Notes under the pieces: model-generated | Seen by the model: only the letters and a program-made list of their open reading frames with translations | Told to the model about the DNA's origin: nothing | Database searches by the model: none | Assembly: GCA_963794945.1 (NCBI GenBank) | Contig: CAWCFT010000016.1 | Location: 1-64,000 of the forward strand | Length of the DNA: 64,000 nt | Reading direction: 5' to 3' | From: Endomicrobiales bacterium | GTDB lineage: Bacteria > Elusimicrobiota > Endomicrobiia > Endomicrobiales > CAWCFT01 | Made by a program: the position numbers and the translations under genes | Shown here: one piece after another, positions 10,017 through 22,600 of the stretch | Numbering within the stretch: position 1 is the first letter of the stretch | Layout of the letters: each line of letters begins with the position of its first letter

Positions 10017-11883
10017 CTACCATTTTACGGCCGTACTGTTGTTCCCCCACTGGCCGACTGCGGGCGCGGGCGGCGGCGGATTTGCGCTGCTCTGTGCCTT
10101 AGCGGATGGTTCGGGAGCTTTTACATTGGCCGTTTCTGCGGCCCTTTCCTTCTTCACTTCCGGTTCAGCACCGCTTTCTTTGTAATGGCAGACTTGCTCC
10201 TTCCGACCTCACGCTCTCAAATCCCGTCTCATCTAAGGAGCATATTTTGAAAACATAATCTTCCCTGTTCCTCAAATATCCTTCTCCAATAGTATATTCT
10301 TTCGCCTTTACAGGCGACTCGTTCATTTTCCACCACACCTTTCCGAAATCCGGTTTCATATAGACATTATACCCGACAGCTGTCTGAACGGTCTTCCAGT
10401 ATAATCCTATCCCATTACCGTCAGATTTCAACTTAGCTGTTAAACCCTCCGGTGGTTTTATGTTTGGGGTAATGCACAGTACGGCAGCTGAATCTCCGCT
10501 CTCAACGCCGTTTGGCCCCGTTGCGGTTACCTTGAACCGGTATGCAGCGCTTGGCTTTAACCCTGTTACTGTATAGGACGCTTCACTTACCGGCTGCTTG
10601 TTCGCTTTCTGCCACACGGCTTGGCCAGCTCCAGTATAGTACACCGCGTACATAATACCTTTTCCTTCTATAGATTTCCAATTAACCTTCACTCCGCCGT
10701 TGTCTATCGAGGCTTTTACTTCGACTGGGGCGGCTAACCTTAACTTCTCATCCAAGTTCAACCGCCATATGTTCCACTTCATCCCGCGGTTGGAACAAAA
10801 ATATATGTAACGCCCGTCTTTTGACCATACAGGGCTGACATCCGCGGCGCTGTTCGTTGTCATTTGTTTCTGTGTTCCATCCTGCATGTCGGCTATCCAG
10901 ATATTAAAATCCCTCTTTCCAGAAGCTTCTTCCCCAAGCGCATCGCAGGAGAACACGATCGCTTTCCCATCCGGCGAAAAAGATGCGTCCCGGCATTCCC
11001 CATCAAGATTCGTTATCTGGCGCATAGGCTTGCCGTGCACATCCATGACCCAAACCTGGTTGTACTTACCGGACTCTTCTCCCGGCGACAGGAACACTAT
11101 CTGCTTACCATCTCCGGACACGCGCGGACAGCCGCCCTTCCGTAAATATGTGATGCCTCCGCTGTCATCGGCCACGCAGATGGCTTCTTCTTTTGATCCA
11201 GGCAGAAAGCTCGTAAATACAGTTGTCCGGCCGTCATCCGACACGCTCGGCTCAAATTGAGCCCCCTCGCCACCGGTCTGGTCTTTCAAGTTGCCCCTAA
11301 TGTCATCAAGGCGCATCGCCCATATCCTCGGTACGCCCGTAATATTCGAACAGAAATATATATCTTTGCCGTCATTTCCTATCCAGGGCGACTCTTGAAT
11401 GCATCCCTTTTTCGCGAAAACCACGTTCCCCATTTCTGTCCCATCAATGCTTACAGTCATAATGCTCGTTTCGCCATTAGCTTTCGCCGCCTGAAAACCC
11501 AGTGTTTTACCGTCGCCAGTTATTGACAGGTTTCCGATCATTGTCCCGTTAAAACTCGTTACTTTAGTCACCCCGCGCTGGTCATCGTTTTTCTCCACTA
11601 CCGACGCATTGCCTTTGCAGCTAAGTAGCTTGGTCTTATATATGTTTTTTGTGTCTCCCTTCCAGTAAAACTCATGCTCGTACATTTTACTGTACGGTTT
11701 TATCCCCGCGCAACCGGTTAATACGGCTGGCAACGCTACAACGGCCAACAACAGCAAAACAAAAGTAGCGGCGAAGCTTGCTTCGCCGCCGTTTGGCTTT
11801 AAGGCAACACCAGCAGAGCAAGCTCTGCAGCTACGTACATCATATTTATTGGCAGAGGAAACTCCGGGTCTACAAACTCTCAT
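10017..11883 (-). CDS. TolB-like PD40 beta-propeller lipoprotein with two FN3 domains and a Pro-rich tail; frameshift near 10200
   Basis: Lipobox LTGC; repeats SFSPDGKAIVF, PVWSKDGRYIYF; FN3 YTVTGLKPSAAYRFKVTA. A shifted frame continues EQVCHYKE...PPPPAPAVGQWGNNSTAVKW to TAG at 10017. Confidence 0.8.
11765..11834. repeat. GTAG-family REP doublet (REPIN-like) inside the 5' end of the TolB-like gene
   Basis: GTAGCGGCGAAGCTTGCTTCGCC on + and GTAGCTGCAGAGCTTGCTCTGC on - in inverted orientation, with compensatory stem changes. Confidence 0.7.
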
Positions 11884-13394
11884 TCTTTTATCTCCCTCAA
11901 GAACTCCTGAAGTTCAGGTATATTCGGATTTATCGCTAAAGCCTTTCTCCAAGCGTCTAATGCCTTCTCCTTTAAGCCTAACGCGTAATATGCCGACCCC
12001 AAGCGGGTATAAGCCAGTGCGTTATTAGGGTCAACCGTCACTACATCCATGCAGTCCTTGACCACAAGGTCATACTTTTTATCGTTGAAATTCTGTGTCG
12101 TGCGCTGGAGCTTCATTGCCACCTGCGTATCGGGCGATAAGGTTTCTTCAGCTAAAGTTGCCCCGTCTTTTTTCAGCATGGTCTCAAATGTTTTTAACAC
12201 CTGATTATCGGAATGCGCGCTTAATCCCTGCTGCACATTCAACAGCGCGCTGGAAGGCATATTGTTCAGGTAATCTGATACAGCTTTGCAGGTGTAATCG
12301 GCTACTTTCTTTTCGGCCTCGCTCAGCTTCGACGGGATATCGCTTAGCTCGGCCTGGTCCATCAGGCCCTTTAACTTTTGGAATTTCTTTTCGGCATCGG
12401 GCCTATCTTCAAGGTTCGTGGCGCTGCCGTACAGGTTCAGCGCCTTATTGAACCTGCCCTTTATTACCTGGGTATCACCCTGTTTGATGTAGTCTGCGAC
12501 TATTTTATTCCTCTGCTTCAGATAGATCCGAGCCAAATTTAACGCTGAACGATATCCTGTTAGATATGCCAAGCTCTGTGTTCTGCGCGAGCGCGTAATC
12601 AATCCGGTAATCTTTGAACGAATAACCTATGCCGGTGCTCATTTCTTCATAATTCAGCCCTATCCTCAGGAACAGAGGGGCCAAAGATATTTCAAAACCG
12701 GCATACCATTGATCCGGCATCTCATAATCTAACGCCATGGTCAGTTTATCATTGAACATTTTATGGCTGTAGCCTAAACGCAATATTAAAGGCATTGTAT
12801 CATCAGTGTTGTCCGCAAAACTAAAAATGTTGCCCGCCTTGACCGCGAACGCGGTTTTTTCGCTAAACCAGTAAGTACCTGCAAGGTCAAGGCTCATCAA
12901 AGTGCTGGAGTACGGCCCTACGGCCCTGGTCAAATAATTCACCGCTGTACCGATCGAAAACGCCTTAGTAAGCGCCTGGCCATAGCCAAACTTAAACCCC
13001 GTATCCGTTGCCCGCGAAATTGCCGGTCGGGATATTGTTGTCATCCCTGCCGTCAAACCCGGCGCTCGCCTGCCTGTACCACAGTAAGCCCAAAAGCCTT
13101 TCTCTGGGCGGTGGGAAACACGTAGCTTATCGCGTCGTAATTGGTTCCTTCCCATAACGTACTGTGCAGGAACGACGCTTCCTGGCTGTTCAACAGCTGC
13201 ATATTCGCGGGGTTCCAGTACGCGCTTGACGCGTCATCCGCAACCGCTGTAAAAGCTTTTCCCATGCCAAGCGACCTGGCGCCCATTCCCCAGTCAAATA
13301 TCTCCCCGGGCTGTCCGCCCACTGCGCAGTACGCAGAAAGTTTTAGGGCCAGCACCAGAGTCATGGTTAATGGAAACACCCTTTTTGTTTTCAT
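11880..13394 (-). CDS. PorV/PorQ (UPF0164-like) family beta-barrel fused to a C-terminal TPR domain; two frameshifts
   Basis: Joins 13053..13394 (GMGARSLGMGKAFTAVADDASSAYWNPA), 12505..13155 (barrel strands ending YRIDYA...SNRISFSVKF) and 11880..12602 (TPR: AYTRLGSAYYALG...WRKALAINP). Confidence 0.85.
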
Positions 13395-13448
13395 TGTATA
13401 ATTCTTGTTTAACTCTTTGATAGAATAACCAGATATCTGCCGCTATCG

Positions 13449-13615
13449 TGCATGGCGGAAGGTGCATAGTTCAGTGGGCAAGGTAAAGACTTTGAGTTTA
13501 ACCCTGCACCATGCGCCTAGCACCTTGCACAGTATTCCCAGCACCAAGTTACTTTCACCTTCAAATTCCAATGCACTGCTTTTTCTTACCGCTTACCACT
13601 TATGGCTTACCACTG
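13449..13615. repeat. Intergenic degenerate 7-mer repeat / hairpin tract
   Basis: GTGCATGG/GGTGCATAG units pair with CCTGCACCATGCGCC/GCACCTTGCAC; followed by CTTACCG CTTACCA CTTATGG CTTACCA heptads. Confidence 0.5.
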
Positions 13616-13620
13616 AAGTA

Positions 13621-16600
13621 TCAATGTACAACTCCTATTTTAATGACCACCGCGTTATCAGGTCCATCGGCGTCTGATGTTATTTTCACTATATAGCCGC
13701 CCATGCTTACTTTGCTGCCATTTTTATCTGTGCCGTCCCACATTACATCGTTACTGCCCAGAATACCTCCGTTGGATCCGCTGTTGCAGTCTATTTCATT
13801 GACAAAATGGCCGTATAGATCGTATATCTTTATTGTTATGTTGGAATTCTGGTTAAGTGTATAGTTTATGTCCACTTTGGCGTTCTTTGAATGGAAAGGA
13901 TTGGGGTATGCGGAAACCAGGGACAAAACTTCGCTGGACACTGCCCCAACCACCACTCTGGCTGCCGGTGTGAAATTTGACCATACACCTGCGCCGTTGA
14001 GAGCGCTCACGCGGAAGAAATAGGTACCATCCGGCAGATTGTTGAAAACGTAACTTGTCAGCAGGCTGTTTTCATCGCCCGGCGCTTTCTTTGCCGCCAG
14101 CAGCGCCGGCGCGGCGCTTAAGGTGAACGAAGAAACAGTTACCCACACTGGAGAAGTTCCGATACGCTGCTGCAGTTCATATGCCGCCACTCCCGAAACA
14201 CCTGTCTGCGCGGCGGGCCATGTCACCATGTAGGTAGAGCCGTCCTGGCTTACCGAAGGGACGCCGTTGACTGCGGGCGGAATAAGGTCAACGGTTATCC
14301 CGGCGCTTACGCCCGTACTGCTCCAGAGATTGAAGTTGCTTTTTGTTATTACAGATACATAATAAGTCTGCGCGTTTTGTAATGATAATCCCTGGGCCAG
14401 AATAGTCTGGTTTACACCGTTGTCAGTCCAGTTCTTGGCATCCACGCCGCCTGTTGTAGTTCCGATAGCATACCGGCAGTCAACGACCGTCCGCCAAGCA
14501 CCTGTGATTGCCAGGTTGCGTTCAACTCCTGGAAATGGCTGGTGTATATGCCGCTCGTAATAACGACAGGCATTGTTGGCGTCCTTACATCGCGGACTGT
14601 TGGTATTGCCGACATCAGCGGCAGGTTTTGGGGAGACACGCTGTCAGGGGCCGCTATATTGAAACAGGTTGTTGTTGATAACTGCACTCCCAGTGTTGCG
14701 TAAACAGTTGCATTTGGGTCAATATCACAGCTGATAATGTAATACTGATTTGTAGTGGTCAATACCTGTGGTGCTATGCTTATTGAAGCGACTCCTCCCA
14801 CAAATACCCCGGAGCCTATCAGCGGGTCAGCCTGGATATTAATAACGCCTGTGTCGTTTGTGTCGGAATATATCTTTACCGCTGTTACAAGCGAATCGCT
14901 CAGTGTCCCAAGTTTTGTGATCGTAATATTGCTTAAGGTCTCTTTATAGCTGTTTACGTGCAATCCCAACTGGAGAATCGGCGCGTTAAGCTGTCCCTGG
15001 TCCAATGTGCCGCCGGCGAGGTTCTTGCCTGAAACCAGAAGGGTATGTCCCATGTCGGTTATTCCAAACATCGTGCACGACCAAGGAAAGACGACGGGCG
15101 TATTGGATATAATGTTCGGTGAGTTTACGACAATACTTGTAGTATCAACGCTGATATAGTCTGCCGCGCCGACGGTGGCAGTTGGGCTGATATCTGCCAC
15201 AATAAGATACTGATACGTTTGCAGGCCAGGATTGTATATTGGCTCAGGGCTGATCATCTGGATCGTCGCCTTGCCGTTCGTGAACGAAACTGGGGCGCCT
15301 ATAAGAGTGCCGCTGGACACGATAGCGTTTCCTATTGCGTTCCGGTATATTTTAATGTCTGAAATATCCGTGTCGCTCCCGCCAAGGGACTTTGTAAGCG
15401 ACAAGTTCAGCTTAGACCATATCACCTGCAGGTTATTTGAACTCATGTTTAATATTCCAAGCACTCTATTAGTGTCGCCCTGCGTAACAGAGGAAAGTGT
15501 AGGCGTAGGAAGGGAAGGGACCACTGACACAGTATTGATCACGGCATTGATAGTGGTTAAGCCTGAATTAATAGGGAACCCTGAAGAGCTTACAGTATTC
15601 AGGCCATTGAGGCTGATATACCCCGCAGTTTGAAGGTTGATCCCGATCGTGTCGTTTGGCGCTGCCGTGTCGGAAACATCCAGCAGCACATAGAATGTTG
15701 TAAGCGCCGTTGTCAATGTTTGCGTTGACGATGTCAGGTCAATAAACACATATTGCGAGGACATAAATGGATTGGCCGTAAAGTTTATCTGCTGGTTATT
15801 TGAATTGTTAATACGTATCATGCTGATATCGCTGCCGGACGCCGTGCCGAACAGGGATAACCCTATGCCCTTCAATTGCGCGCTGTAATTGCTCGTATTC
15901 ATAACAAGTTTCAACATTTGCACAGAGTGTGTCCCCTGGTTTACTGAGCCAGTTGACAGGCTTACACCGCTCACGTTTACTGTCACCGGCGGCTGGTTAA
16001 TGGCCGTGGATTGAGAGGTAAAAACCCCTCCATTCGCGATGGCAACATTATACGGCGGCATCGGGACAGTGAAATAACTTGCATTCGGGAAATTCATCTG
16101 GAACGTCCCGTTCACCGTGGCGCTGCTGCTTATAGAAACTACCGCGAAATACGTCTGCGTGCTCGGGGTGATGGACTGCGGCGACGGGCTGCCGCCCTGC
16201 GAATTGGTCAGTATTATATTTGCCGTGTCCGATTTGAAAGTGTCGGTGCCATAACTTATCTGCGAAAGGCTCGAATCTGCGTTTTGTTTAAATACATTCA
16301 CGGTTGTTATATCGCTGTCCTGCAGGGACGGGGATCCGCCGCGTATCAGGTTTATCTGCAAAGCGTCCCAGGGTACTGTGGTCAATGTGGTCCATGCGTT
16401 GATCTTGACAATGCTTACATTTTGCGCGCCCTGGTTTACCGTGGTGGGGCCCGCGGATACCATTTGAACTGTCATAATGTCGGGATACGGATGGATAGAT
16501 GTTTGAACTGCCTGAATGACAGGGAAGTTCGCGGATGAGATATTGTTCGGGCTGTTAACAGTTATATAAGAGGTGTTTGCCAAACTCAACTGCACATAAT

Positions 16601-19600
16601 CGTAGGCTGCCGCGTTGGGGTTGATGTTTCGCCGCAATGTAATACGTTGCCGGCGTTCCGACGACTATTGTCTGTGGGCTCTGCTGAAGGGATATTGTTG
16701 CTGTTCCTGTGCTCGTTCCGCTGGCTGAAAATGTGGCTTGCGCGCCCGTAATTGGATTTCCGGAGCTGTCCAGTATCCTGACAGCTGAAATATCGCTGTT
16801 AGCGGCTGTGCCTATCTGGTCAATATTTATGCCTTTCCATATTACTGAGGTTTGATCGGCTGACATAACAAACTGCGCCAGCTTCACATTAGTTGCCCCC
16901 TGGTACACCGTTGACGGCGCCACAAACCCTGCGACAGGCGTAACAGTAAGCATATTGACAGCCGGGTTAATAGCCGCGGGGCTTGTAGTAAAATAGGGCG
17001 GGCTGCCTGCCACAATGTTGGAACCGTTTACAGTAACCGCGGGGCACGTTAACCCAAACTTTATGCCTGTCTCAGAAATTAGAGATACATCCGCGGTAAC
17101 GAAATAAAGCCGGCGCGTTGTGGTCACAGTTTCATTCGGTGTCAGTGTCATGGAACCGCCGCTTGAGAAAACACCGGAGGACACAAGCACATCTCCCCCT
17201 GATTTACCAACAAACACACCGGCGCCGTTATCGCGCCATATAGATATATCTTTAATGTCAAGGTCGGGTGAGTTCCAGTTTGAAGCCGCCGACGCGTTTA
17301 TGGTCATGGTTTTCAGTACTGCAGAAGTGATGTCTGTCTGCATGTAGAAAGTTGCCATTACTATATTGAGCTGCCCCTGGATCACGGTTTGGGGCGCTAC
17401 GTCTGATGACGTTATGGTCAGTGTGCTGGGCGGGCTGACGATAGCCGCGGTGGAACTTAAAACAGGCAAATTGTTCGCTCCCATAGGCAGGCCGGACGTC
17501 AGGTTAATATAGCTGATGTCCGCTATCTGCGCTCCCGCGGTGTCGCCAATAGTGGCGCCTGGGGCAACGTCATAAGTCACGTAATACGTCTTTACGGTTG
17601 TACTGCTCACGGTTTGCGGCGCAACGCTTATAAAAGCGCGGGCCGGGCTGTAGCTGCTGAACGTTGCCGAACCCAGCAATACGTCCGTTGGCGGGCCGGC
17701 ATATATACCGCTCCCGTTATCAAGGTATATCTTGGCATAGCTTATATCGCCGTTCAAAACTGCCGACGGGAGCCGGTCAACCCGTACCTGGTTCCAGGTG
17801 GAAACGCCGGAAGAGGCCGTAACGCTGAACCTTAGCATAGCCACATTGCTCTGCCCCTGAACAAGGCTCGCGCCAGCGCCAAGGTCAACAAAACCGGACA
17901 CATACGTCCCGTTAAACAGGAGGGCGGGGCTAATGCCGGTTATTGTGGGTGTTGAAATATCTGTCGCTGTAATATATAAATTTTCCACATTATAATCATT
18001 TACCTGGAACGTATAAACGCCGTTATCCGATGATATGAACGTGTGCGAGTTAGGCGTTATTGTTTGGCTTCCGGCTGAGGTAAAAACCGCTGTTCCAGTA
18101 TAGGCATTTGCTATATTGCCGTACTGGTCGTATGCCGTAGCCGTAACAGACATGCTGTTGCCCACTGTTGCCGCGCCGCTGTATGTGAGGCCGAAATAGC
18201 TGGCAGGGCCGGCAGTGATCTGTTCTGTCTGCTGGGCCGGTGTATAACCGCCTCCGCTTGCAGTAAGCGTAGGAGAGCCAACAAGCGAATCGCGGTAATA
18301 AAAACTGACGCTCTTACTGCCCGACGGGAGCGTTACAAATGTGATCCCCCATGGGCCCGAGGCTGAACTGCCGAATTGCCCCTGCCCGGAACTGCTTTGA
18401 AGGTTGACGGTTATTGTCTGGGTTGATGCCACGGCGTCACCCATATTGTCCTGGGTCTGAACGGTTAGTATTGAAGAAGCGCTGTTTTCCGACAGTGTCT
18501 GGGAAGATGTCGCGAACATCAGCTTTGTTATTACACCGGTAATAGTGCTTGTTGAACTTGTAATTGGAAGGTTGTTTTGCCCCATAGGCAGGCCGGAAGT
18601 AATGTTAAAATAGCCGAGGCCCGCTATCTGCGCTCCCGCGGTTTTGCCTATCGTTGCGTTAGATGGGACGTCATAAGTGACAAAATATGTATTCACTGTG
18701 GAACTGCTCGCGGTTTGCGGCGTTATATTGATAACCGCGTAGCCCGGGCCGGTCCCGCTGAATGTCGCTGAACCCAGCAATACATCCGCCGGAGTATAGG
18801 TTCCGCTGCCGTTATCAAGGTATAGTTTCGCGTAGCCTATGTCGCTGTTTGAGCTTGTCCCCAGCCTGTCAACCCGCACGCTGTTCCACGTTGATGTGCC
18901 GGATGATGCCATAACGCTGAACCTCAGCATAGGCACATTGCTTTGGCCCTGCACAAGGCTCGCGCTCGCGCCCAGGTCAAGCGCGCCGGACACATACGTC
19001 CCGTTAAATTGGAGGGCTGGGCTTACACCGGTTATTGTGGCTGTTGAAACGTTTGTCGCGACAATATAAATCTTTTCCACAGTGTAATCATTGACCTGGA
19101 ACGTGTAAGAACCGTTATCCGCTGATACAAACGCGTGCGAGTTGGGCGTTATTGTCTGGCTTCCGGCTGAAGTAAAAACAGCTGTCCCTGTATAGGAACT
19201 GGCTGTATTGCCGTATTGGTCGCACGCCGAGGCCGTGACCGGCATGCTGTTGCCTATGGTTGCCGAACCGCTGTAAGCCAGGCTGAAATAGCTGGCGGGG
19301 CCGGCCTGGATAGTTTCTATTTGCTGGGCCTGAGTATACCCGCCCCCGCTTGCTGTCAGCGTCGGGGTGCCGGAAAGCGAGTCGCGGTAATAAAAACTGA
19401 CGCTGTTGCTGTATGCCGGGAGCGTTACAGATGTGATCCCCCACGGGCCTGATGTTGAAGTCGCGAACTGGCCATGGCTGGAGGTGGTTTGAAGATTAAC
19501 CGTTATTGTATTGGTTGATGCCTCAACATTGCCTGAACTGTCCTGCGTCTGAACTGTAATAACCTGGGAAACGCTGTTCGCGGACAGTGTCTGGGCGGAC

Positions 19601-22600
19601 GTGCTGAACCCCAGTTTCGTGATCACGCCGGCCACCGTGCACAAGGAACTCGCCGCTGGCAGGTTGTTTGAGCCCATGGGCAGGCCGGTTACGCCAAAAT
19701 AGCCTGTGTTTAATATCTGCACGCCTGCTGTGCCCTGCGCCGGGCCCAGGGCGATGTCGAAGGTTACAAAATAAGTATTCGTTGAGCCGACGCTCAGCGT
19801 TTGCGGCGCCACGCTGATAGTAGCGCTGGTGCCCGGGCTGAAAGTCCCGGAACCGATGCAGGTATCCTGCGCGATGTTAAACGACGAACTGCCCGAGGGC
19901 GCGAGGTATATCCTGACACAGCTTATATCGGTATTCGGAACTGTACCGGTAAGGTCCAGGCGCACGCTGTTCCACACGGCGGTACCGGACGACGCTGTCA
20001 TATTGAACAACAGCATAGGCATGTTTGTCTGGCCCTGCGACAGGGTAGCGCCGGCCTGGTTGGCAACGCTGGTAACATATATGCCGTTAAACTTCAGGGC
20101 CGGGCTCATGCCGGTTATTGTATGATTTGTGAAGTCGGTCGCGGTTATGTACAGCGTTTCAACTTTAGGATCGCTGATATTGATTATATGAGAGCCGTTA
20201 TCCGTTGCGGGCACAAAAGTGTAAGAGGCGGGCGTTATTGTCATACTGCCGGTTGAAGTAATGACCGCGGTTCCGGAATAAGATTTAGCGATATAGCTAT
20301 TCTGGTCGTAAGCAGTGACCGTTACCTGTTCATTGCTTCCAACAGTTGGCGTGGTCGTGTATGTAACCGTGAAATAGCTGGCGGGGCCGGCAGTGATATT
20401 TTCTGTCTGCGCTGTTGACACCACCACGCCGCTGATAGTAGCTGTAGCGGTCAATACCGGCGCGCCCATAACCGTATCTTTATAATACAAATTGACGCTG
20501 GCTGTGTAGGCGGGAAGAATTACCGATGTTATTCCCCACGTGCCCGCGGCGTTCGCGAACGTGCCGCCCGGGGAGTTGCTTGCCAGGTTGACCGTTATCG
20601 CCTGCCAGGTTGATATCGCCACATTGCCGCTGTTGTCCCGCCCCTGGATTGTTATTATTGAAGAACTGCTTTGAGCGACTATCGATTGGGGAAGCGTCGC
20701 GAAGCCCAGCTTTGTTATGGGATTTACATTTGTTATATTCGCCGTGCGTGTCAGCGCTCCGCCGTAAAAATTGTAAATTGTGTTTCCCGGGGAAGCGTTT
20801 ACGTCCGTAAAAGAGGAATAAGCCACGGTTTCGCCGGCTCCCGCGCCCTGATAATTCAGGTAACAGGGTTTGTTGATCGTCCCCGATTTTATCAGAGCCG
20901 AGTTTACGTTAAATGCTGTGGTTATTGTTGACGTTGAACCCGAGCCATTGATAAGAGAACCGCCTGAAGGAATGGTTAAAGAATTGCAATTAAGACCTGA
21001 ATCAGTCGTAATCGAGTACGCGCCATCCACAACGGCATCCCATGCCATGCCTCTGGACCCGTAAAGAGACAGCGGTGAACTTATAACTAAAGTTGAGCCC
21101 AGTGTTGACATTGAGCCTGACGTGTAGGTTATACTGTTCCCCCCAAAATAAACATTCCCTAATAATGTGATCGAGTTTGCGCCTCCGTTAAAAACGATAT
21201 TTGACGTTATCGTGCTTACGCCTTGCGACCAAACTGAACTCCCCGAAGCGGCGTTAAGTGTAATGGTTTGCCCGGAGAAATACCCCGTGTTAGATGCGAT
21301 CAGATTTCCCGTGACCGTAATATTGCTGTTGCTGCCGGCCAGAGCCAGCGCCGCTGTAGTATTCAGGCTCTGAACCAGGGTATTCGGCTGGCCCAGCGTA
21401 AGTGTTATGGGTGAAATACAGCTTATATTGGGCCAGGTATTCGTGCTATCGCTGATCCCGCAGTTGCCGACTAAATATAATGTTGAGCCTGCCAATGACA
21501 AGATCCCTGAGGTATAAGTTAACGTTGGGTTGTTTGTACCTCCAAAATAAATGCCGCCGCTGACTGTTATTGTGCTTGTGGCCGCGCCGTTAAAAGTTAA
21601 ACTGCCGTTAAGAACCCCGCCGGCCGAACTCAAAACCGCGTTCCCTGAAGCGCCTGTCATTATGATCGGATAAGCACTTGCTAGGTAGTATGCGCCTAAA
21701 GTTACACTACCGCCAACAGTGATACTGCTGCCTGCTATTACTAAAGGAGCACAGTCAGCAGGATAAGTGATATTATTAGTTGATAAACTTCCGTTTATTG
21801 TAGTGGGTTGAGTCAGCGTGAGCGAACATGCTACACCAGGATAATAACTAACTATATTATTCCACTGTTTAGTCGAGTCATTAAGAGTGACGCCGTAATA
21901 AACATTAAGGGTAGAACCTGTTGTGGTTAAATTAGCCCCGGACGAGGCAAGAGATGTAATGTTACTGAGATAGGCATAGACATTTCCTGAAACAGTCACA
22001 GGCCCGGTTATTACAAGATTAGTACCAGTATATAAGTAGCCGGAGCCGCTGAGACAGGACCAGACTGCTGATCCGGAAGACCCGTTCATTGTAATAGTCG
22101 TGGCGCCGGAGGCGCAGTATATATAACCCCCAAGTGTTAAACTGCCGCCAATAGTAATGTTATTGCCATAGATTTGAAGGTAAGCCGGACCACTCGACAG
22201 GCTTCCTGAAATTGTAGTGGGCTGTCCTAAAGTAAGGATACCACCGCTAGAATAAGCGCTAATATTATTCCAGGTATTTACTGTGTCATTTAACGTCATA
22301 CTGCCATTAACATTTAATGTTGAGCCTGTTGTAACCAAATGCCCTGACACATATGTTATGGCATTACCCCCGCCATAATACACGTTCCCGCTGACTGTTA
22401 TTGTGCTTGTGGCCGCGGCCTGAAAAGTCAGCTGATTTGACACATAATAGCCTACTGCTGTTGCCGACCATGTAGCGTTGCCTGTAGTGGCAGCTGTCAT
22501 GGTAATTGGAGTGCCTGTGATATACCCGTTTGCTGTCAAATTTCCACCGATAGTGATGGGGTTGGCAGCCAAAGCTATATAGCCGCTTAAACTTCCGCTT

